The notes under the pieces were generated by a model. The model saw nothing but the letters and a program-made list of their open reading frames with translations, was not told the DNA's origin and made no database searches. DNA of 64,000 nucleotides from Sporopachydermia quercuum. Lineage: Eukaryota. The stretch is from positions 1,860,001-1,924,000 of the forward strand of contig BCGN01000003.1 of assembly GCA_001599295.1 (NCBI GenBank), given 5' to 3'. Positions 58,351-64,000 of this stretch are shown piece after piece. Numbering within the stretch: the stretch's first letter is position 1; each line of letters begins with the position of its first letter. A program made the translations under genes and the position numbers.

Positions 58351-59943
58351 GTTTAAAGAAAAAGGACTCATACAAAAAGGTTAGTGTAGCAAGGCAGAAA
58401 ATATATGACGTTTCATCCCAATGTTTAATGTCAGTATAATCCAGTACTCTCGAAGGCTGATGAATTCATCGGGCAAAACAATTTAATTAGAGGCATATAG
58501 TAATTCCATATTATTGGCATCAAAATCAATTCCGTAGACGTGCTTAAATGTTTATAGTTTNAATATTCATCATCATTAAGGTACTTGTAAGAGTTGTTCA
58601 GCCTGTTCAGGTACATCTGCCACTTACCTAACCGAGTATGGGGACCAAGTTTATTTGTTCATAGTCCCCAACTACTTGATTAGAAAAAAATCCCGTTTTC
58701 TCTTGCGCAAGCGAGAGTCCTACCTCTAATTGGAACCTCTTTTACCTGACTTAGCCACCACATCTTCTATGCCAAGATGAGATTTAGTTATAATTTTATG
58801 GGGTTTCAACTTAAGCTTTAATGTCTGAAGCTTCAAACAGACCGAACTCTAAGTTAAACAGCTCTTCCATTTTGGGAATTACTAGAAAGTTTGCGTGACA
58901 ATCATCAATAAGGCATCGTCACAAACAAAGTACTTCAACGAATAGAAAGAAGATTAATCCCCTCTCTATATGTTATCGAGTACACACTAGTAGGTTAGTA
59001 TATCCAAGTTAGTGTTATGTAGTATATTACCCTTTTTGAAAACCACATAGAGAATTTACTACCCAATACAGAGTTTCGAGTATTGAGATGTTCTTGGATT
59101 CGGATCCTTTGAAGCCATTGAGCTAAGGTTGGCTTATCGTTGGAAAGAACCATTTTGCTCCTTTCTTTGAAAGTGAGATTGATATTTCGGGATTGAACAA
59201 CAAGGATAAGCAGGTAATTGAGTGTTGACACTTTGAAATGCTTGATAAATCTCTGGAAGTGCAGTGAATTGTTCCCTTAATCACTATATTACCTTCTCGA
59301 AAGCACTGCCGACCTGCACGGTATGTCATGATGGGAAAAATGTAATTTTTTGGAGGAGCTGGGTCCTTTGTGCGAGTAGTAATTTTTTAGCTAAACATTC
59401 TCATCAATTGCGTACCTATCTATGCTTCATTTCAATTGTTAGTAGAGACTGAAGTAAAATAAGGTAATCTTTGAAGGACAAAGATTTCCCAGTTGGTAAA
59501 CCTGCTGAAAGTTTAAAGAAGATTTAGGAGTTTAATTCAAATGAGGGAATCCTTCATAAAGTTTGAAAACCTTACATTAGTCATATTGAAAAAATATTTT
59601 TTTTCTTCTTTTACTCAGAAGTTAACCTTAATGCATAGTGTTTCAACTTAAACTTACAAGTTCAACTGATGGGTTCGTGAACGTCTATCGTAAGAAGCGC
59701 TTAGGTCGTTCCCCACTGACAATTTGGCGTGATGTTGAATATATAAATTCCTGATATTATCCATCATGCTTCCTTCTTTAACTTTGCTCTTTTTCTTCCT
59801 ACTCGAAAAATTCAATTATGACTGTGTAATCAATCTTCAGGCAACCAAATGAGACGTAGACCTAGAGATTACCATACTTACTGCTTTACCAGCTCTCACA
59901 TCTACACATATTGAAGCATACACTGCTTAACCTATAAAAAAGC

Positions 59944-60918
59944 ATGGCTCAATACATTATGTCTGCTCCTTCAAGGTCATCCGAGATGTCCTCCAACGTT
60001 TTCTCTGAGAACATTTCACCAAACATGCAACGAGGGCCTTATCCTGATAGGTTTAGTTCACAACCTCAACTACCATTACAGCAAGGTAAGGAATGGTACG
60101 AGGACTTCATTGATAATGGTGCAAACGAGAGATTAGTGCATCAAACAATGAATAGTTCAATTACCACAACTCCCACAGAATCAAATATGGGATTTGGGTA
60201 TGGAACGTACAATCCAAGTGAACAATATTATACTACTACTCCAGCTATGCCAGAACCTTCATCTTCATTAGATAACTCTCCCGATTCCAGGTACTATCAA
60301 GAAGTTGTTGAAAGACAAAGATTGACTTCAATCTCTTCAGTCTCATCTGATCCTATTGATCTGAATCAGACTATCAAAAGAGAAAGTATTGATAATTTCA
60401 GTCAATTACCAGTAAGTTCCTCCGTTAGTAACAACTTTATTTCTCGCTCACAACAAAACAATAATATTAAGAAGTCTAAGAAGAGAGCACCAAGAAAGAG
60501 ATTGACCGAAGACCAAAAGCAAGCTCACAACAAGATTGAAAAGAGATATCGTACCAATATCAATGGTAAAATTGCTGGATTGAAAGAAATTATCCCTTGG
60601 TTGAGTTCTGAAAAAGTTGCTTTTGAGACTGGCGATCCAAAAGACAAGTTTGCATATGAAGATGAGTTTGAGAGCCCTTTTATCGGTTCGTCTAAATTGA
60701 ACAAGTCAATGATTTTAGAGAAAGCTACTGCTTATATCCTCTATTTGAAAGATATGAACCGACGAATGTTAAAGGAGAACATTGAACTAACGAAAGAAAT
60801 CACTGAACTAAGAAAACCTCCGGTGGTTGCTGTTGAGTACATGAACAATGGTAATATTAATCATAGAGCTTCAATCGATAACTCTCAGTTGTTCAGAGGT
60901 GATTACACATTAATATAG
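59944..60918 (+). CDS. TYE7: bHLH transcription factor Tye7 (SREBP-like Tyr in the basic region)
   Basis: 324 aa. RKRLTEDQKQAHNKIEKRYRTNINGKIAGLKEIIPW..EKVAFETGD...KLNKSMILEKATAYILYL matches Tye7, including the IIPW..E..AFE.GD loop. Confidence 0.92.
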   Translation: MAQYIMSAPSRSSEMSSNVFSENISPNMQRGPYPDRFSSQPQLPLQQGKEWYEDFIDNGANERLVHQTMNSSITTTPTESNMGFGYGTYNPSEQYYTTTPAMPEPSSSLDNSPDSRYYQEVVERQRLTSISSVSSDPIDLNQTIKRESIDNFSQLPVSSSVSNNFISRSQQNNNIKKSKKRAPRKRLTEDQKQAHNKIEKRYRTNINGKIAGLKEIIPWLSSEKVAFETGDPKDKFAYEDEFESPFIGSSKLNKSMILEKATAYILYLKDMNRRMLKENIELTKEITELRKPPVVAVEYMNNGNINHRASIDNSQLFRGDYTLI

Positions 60919-62698
60919 GTGCTGTAATTTTCAACTGATAAGCTGGCTGGTTCAGATATTTATTTTAATGATTCTTATATTTTCGGGTTCACTATTGGGG
61001 TTAAAAGAGGTGTTTGTATAGAATGTTTTATTTATTCATTGTTATATTATTAATTTTAATTTTCATTTTTTTTTCTTTCTCTTAATTCGTTTTGTTTTCT
61101 TCTACTGTATTGTGCTCTGGAAGCATTTTTGGAATAAAATACATCATTATTATAGAATAACTATATAGTATCATCATTGTCTCTCGTAGACCAAAATTTG
61201 TAGTATTGTCTTATGTCTCATTTCTATCCTTATCATTTTATATACGTATCGGATTGATTGATAAGAAAGCCCTCTCAAGCTTTACAAGTTTACTTAAGAC
61301 ATTCAGTCCCACCTCATCATCTCTTCCTTTTAGCACTTTTCAAACTGGTTTGTATCCGCTGTTCATAGTATCATAGTAATTGAGATCATGTCTCATGAAG
61401 AAGCGCCCCATTTCATCTAACATCTTATTACATGAGTTTCACGGAACTTTTTCTCATCGGCGGTTTCTGTCAAATACTCTATTTGGTTTGATTATTCTTC
61501 CATATAGAATGTAGGTTGGGATCCTTAAATAAAACTTTCCTCCTACATATATGTCAAAACGTTTATTTTAGCCGAGAGGTTACATCCCTTGTTGCTATCA
61601 AACTTTATTAATCCGGTTGAATATACAGTTACAATTATTATATAGTCTCAGTTTAGACATCCAGACATCCAGACATCTAACAATTCTAAAATTTATCAAA
61701 TATCATTTTGCATTTTATTTCCACTATTTGTCATCTGAGACATTGTCGCTAATATATTGATTGATACACCAGGAGTGATGAAGGCTTCCAGATTTATCGC
61801 CAAGAAATAAAGTTCATGTTAGCTGGATTTAGATGGACAAAAATGGTTAAAGTTTTGAGCTCAGTTTAAATGTCTAAAACCTACTGATAGGGAGGTTTGG
61901 CTAGAATTCTATGTAACATTACGATAGTTAAAATTTAACCCAGAGCAATAACTTCCAATTTTCATTTTTACATAATTGCCTATAAAGTAGAAAACAATAA
62001 AAATCTGGGTTTATATGCTTTCAGTCGAGACGAATTTGTATAGATAGTTGCTAACTGGATATTCAATTTGGATTAGTTTGGATGAATTAATGATAAGTCT
62101 AGCTTAACCCTAAACTCACTAAAAGTACAATTTTACGACATTTTTTATACGAGATTGAGGTTTGTTTCCCTAAATGAACATTTTCTACCCTAAAATTCAC
62201 ATGGCCAAACGTTATTTTATCGAACGTTATTTTATCAACTATACTTTAAAATGTTATCTCCTTCCCATACAAAGAAAATAATACATCCTGCAGAATATGA
62301 GCAATCACGAAGTTACGAGGTTCCCATACATCTTGTCAGACATTTATGCAATAGGCTGCAAACAAATGGTTCATTTCATTGGAACAAGGATTCTATCGTT
62401 AATAAAATTTACTAAATACATAAGCAAATAGATCAAATACTTGATCATGCTCTTGAATCTGTCAGTCAAGTTTATTGTACGCTATGTCCTAGAATAATGC
62501 TCAAAATAACATAAAAACTGCTATTACAGATAACATGAAATTTTAGAAACTTAACAATAGTCGAACTTTCTACCTATTCTATTATTTTCTCAGAGCTTAT
62601 TTCAAATGCCGAGAAAAAAGAAAAGAAATAGCAAGAAAGCCAAGTACCAAGAAATTCGATGAGATCATAAATGAACTGAATCTTGGATGTTTCACTAT

Positions 62699-64000
62699 TC
62701 ATAAATGACTGGTAAAATGTCTAGTAACATTATCTCCATACAACAATCTTCGATCGGTGACAAACTGGGTCTCATAGTCCAATTTGCTGTTGTAAGTTTC
62801 GTATTCATTGTTAAACTTATCTTTGTGATTAACAGTGTTATGAACCCAGAATTCACTTGTTAAAAGATCCTGCTGAACCATTTCATCACTTACATCATCT
62901 CTGTTATTGTTACGAGCATAAAGGTCGATCAACAGATGACAGACAACTAACCTGGCTAATGTCAATGCAATGAATCGTGAGTTCAAAGCAATGTCATTGC
63001 TTTTATCATTCTGATTCAAATCACCATTCAAAAAGAACTTTTGTAGAAGTTCATCCAAGCAATCATGAACTAAACTGTTCATTTCAATAGCCTTCTGATT
63101 ATAGTCCTTCTTAGGTTCGAAGAAGTCTAGTAATGCAGGAATTAATTGATTGAAGTTCCGCAAAAGAACTCTAGTGATGTCGCTGGCAAGAACGTTTGTT
63201 GTTCCTTCCCAAATAGCATTTACCTGAGAATCTTTATATAATCTTGAGATATCAATACGAGGGTCATGAGTCAAATACCCAGGGCCACCCAAAGCTTCCA
63301 TACACTCTGAAATACATCCTACTGTTTCCTTACACACCAATGCTTTAGAAAGGGCAGGAATCAACCGAAACATTGTTTTTTCATTTGCAGAAGCTTTTCC
63401 GACTTCCACTTTACCTAATAAGCTTGGAGCATAGAATCCTATCATGCTGAGCCCTCTTAATGTTCTTTCTAATGTAGCCAACACTCTAACATGAGCATAC
63501 GTCTCACATAGTGATTTACCAAATACTTTTCTATATTTTGAATACTCTGTTGCTATTTGCATGGCTCTTCTGAAAAAACCTAACGAACCAACACTGGAGT
63601 AGATTCTAGTGATTTGCAAAACTGTGGAGATGGTTCGCACGCCGTTACCCAAATCACCAATTCTTTCGGCTCGAACATTTTTCAGTTCCAATTCNGCTGT
63701 AGGAAGTCCTACTGTGCCAAATTTCTCTTTTAGCCTTACAATCTGAGCCCCGCCATTGTGAACGTGAGCCAAAAAACATCCAATGGGCACACGATTCTTA
63801 CCACTTTTATGCTTGTCGAAGAGTTCACTATCCTGAGCTAAAATAATTGCTACCTCGGATTCTGTAGCCGAAGAAAAAAACTTGAACCCATTCACCTGAT
63901 AATTTGTTTGTATCTCGATATCATTCTTGTTTTTATCATTCATTTTTACAACTACTCCTAAATCATCCTTCACAGCAATAGTCTCAGTTCCTGAGATGTC
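62699..64000 (-). CDS. Acyl-CoA dehydrogenase (AidB-like), 5'-truncated by the window edge
   Basis: Frame is open to 64000 (DISGTETIA). VNGFKFFSSAT, RLKEKFGT..LPT.ELEL, ECMEALGGPGY, RLYKDSQVNAIWEGTTNVLA. Confidence 0.9.
   Translation of the reverse strand, partial: DISGTETIAVKDDLGVVVKMNDKNKNDIEIQTNYQVNGFKFFSSATESEVAIILAQDSELFDKHKSGKNRVPIGCFLAHVHNGGAQIVRLKEKFGTVGLPTXELELKNVRAERIGDLGNGVRTISTVLQITRIYSSVGSLGFFRRAMQIATEYSKYRKVFGKSLCETYAHVRVLATLERTLRGLSMIGFYAPSLLGKVEVGKASANEKTMFRLIPALSKALVCKETVGCISECMEALGGPGYLTHDPRIDISRLYKDSQVNAIWEGTTNVLASDITRVLLRNFNQLIPALLDFFEPKKDYNQKAIEMNSLVHDCLDELLQKFFLNGDLNQNDKSNDIALNSRFIALTLARLVVCHLLIDLYARNNNRDDVSDEMVQQDLLTSEFWVHNTVNHKDKFNNEYETYNSKLDYETQFVTDRRLLYGDNVTRHFTSHL

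Noticed and set aside
52730..59900. MATa1/MATa2 genes, or a near-identical inverted copy of the MATalpha flanks, at the far end of the block
   Set aside because: I found no HMG (PRP.N.FI..R) or a1 homeodomain motif in the ORFs or frames I read, and no reverse-complement match to k-mers sampled from 1-7000. The search was by eye and not exhaustive.

Overview
AT-rich eukaryotic DNA from a budding yeast (Saccharomycotina). It has spliceosomal introns with GTAAGT...TACTAAC...YAG signals, and CTG appears to encode Leu. The left end holds a mating-type alpha locus: a long, diverged MATalpha1 (1695-2804) and MATalpha2 (3195-3908), in tandem on the minus strand. These are preceded by a decayed Ty3/gypsy-like relic and a tRNA-like sequence, and followed by a degenerate three-copy (inverted plus direct) repeat and the MAT-linked gene DIC1. 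Next come ASA1, SHE3, SRP54, CCZ1, MEC1, NVJ2, a Pmp3/SNA-family gene, an orphan acidic ORF, AGP2, HSL7, a ~7 kb gene-free region with gypsy relics, TYE7 and the 3' part of an acyl-CoA dehydrogenase. The most unusual signal is the ~9-37 kb block beside MATalpha. Its proteins are bloated with low-complexity insertions, and both coding and intergenic DNA are strongly enriched in CCG/CGG, unlike genes beyond ~40 kb. This suggests a MAT-linked region with suppressed recombination (extended idiomorph or interior of a flip/flop inversion). I found no MATa genes, SLA2 or near-identical inverted repeat in the window. All gene calls come from recognising motifs by eye, and reference protein lengths are from memory.
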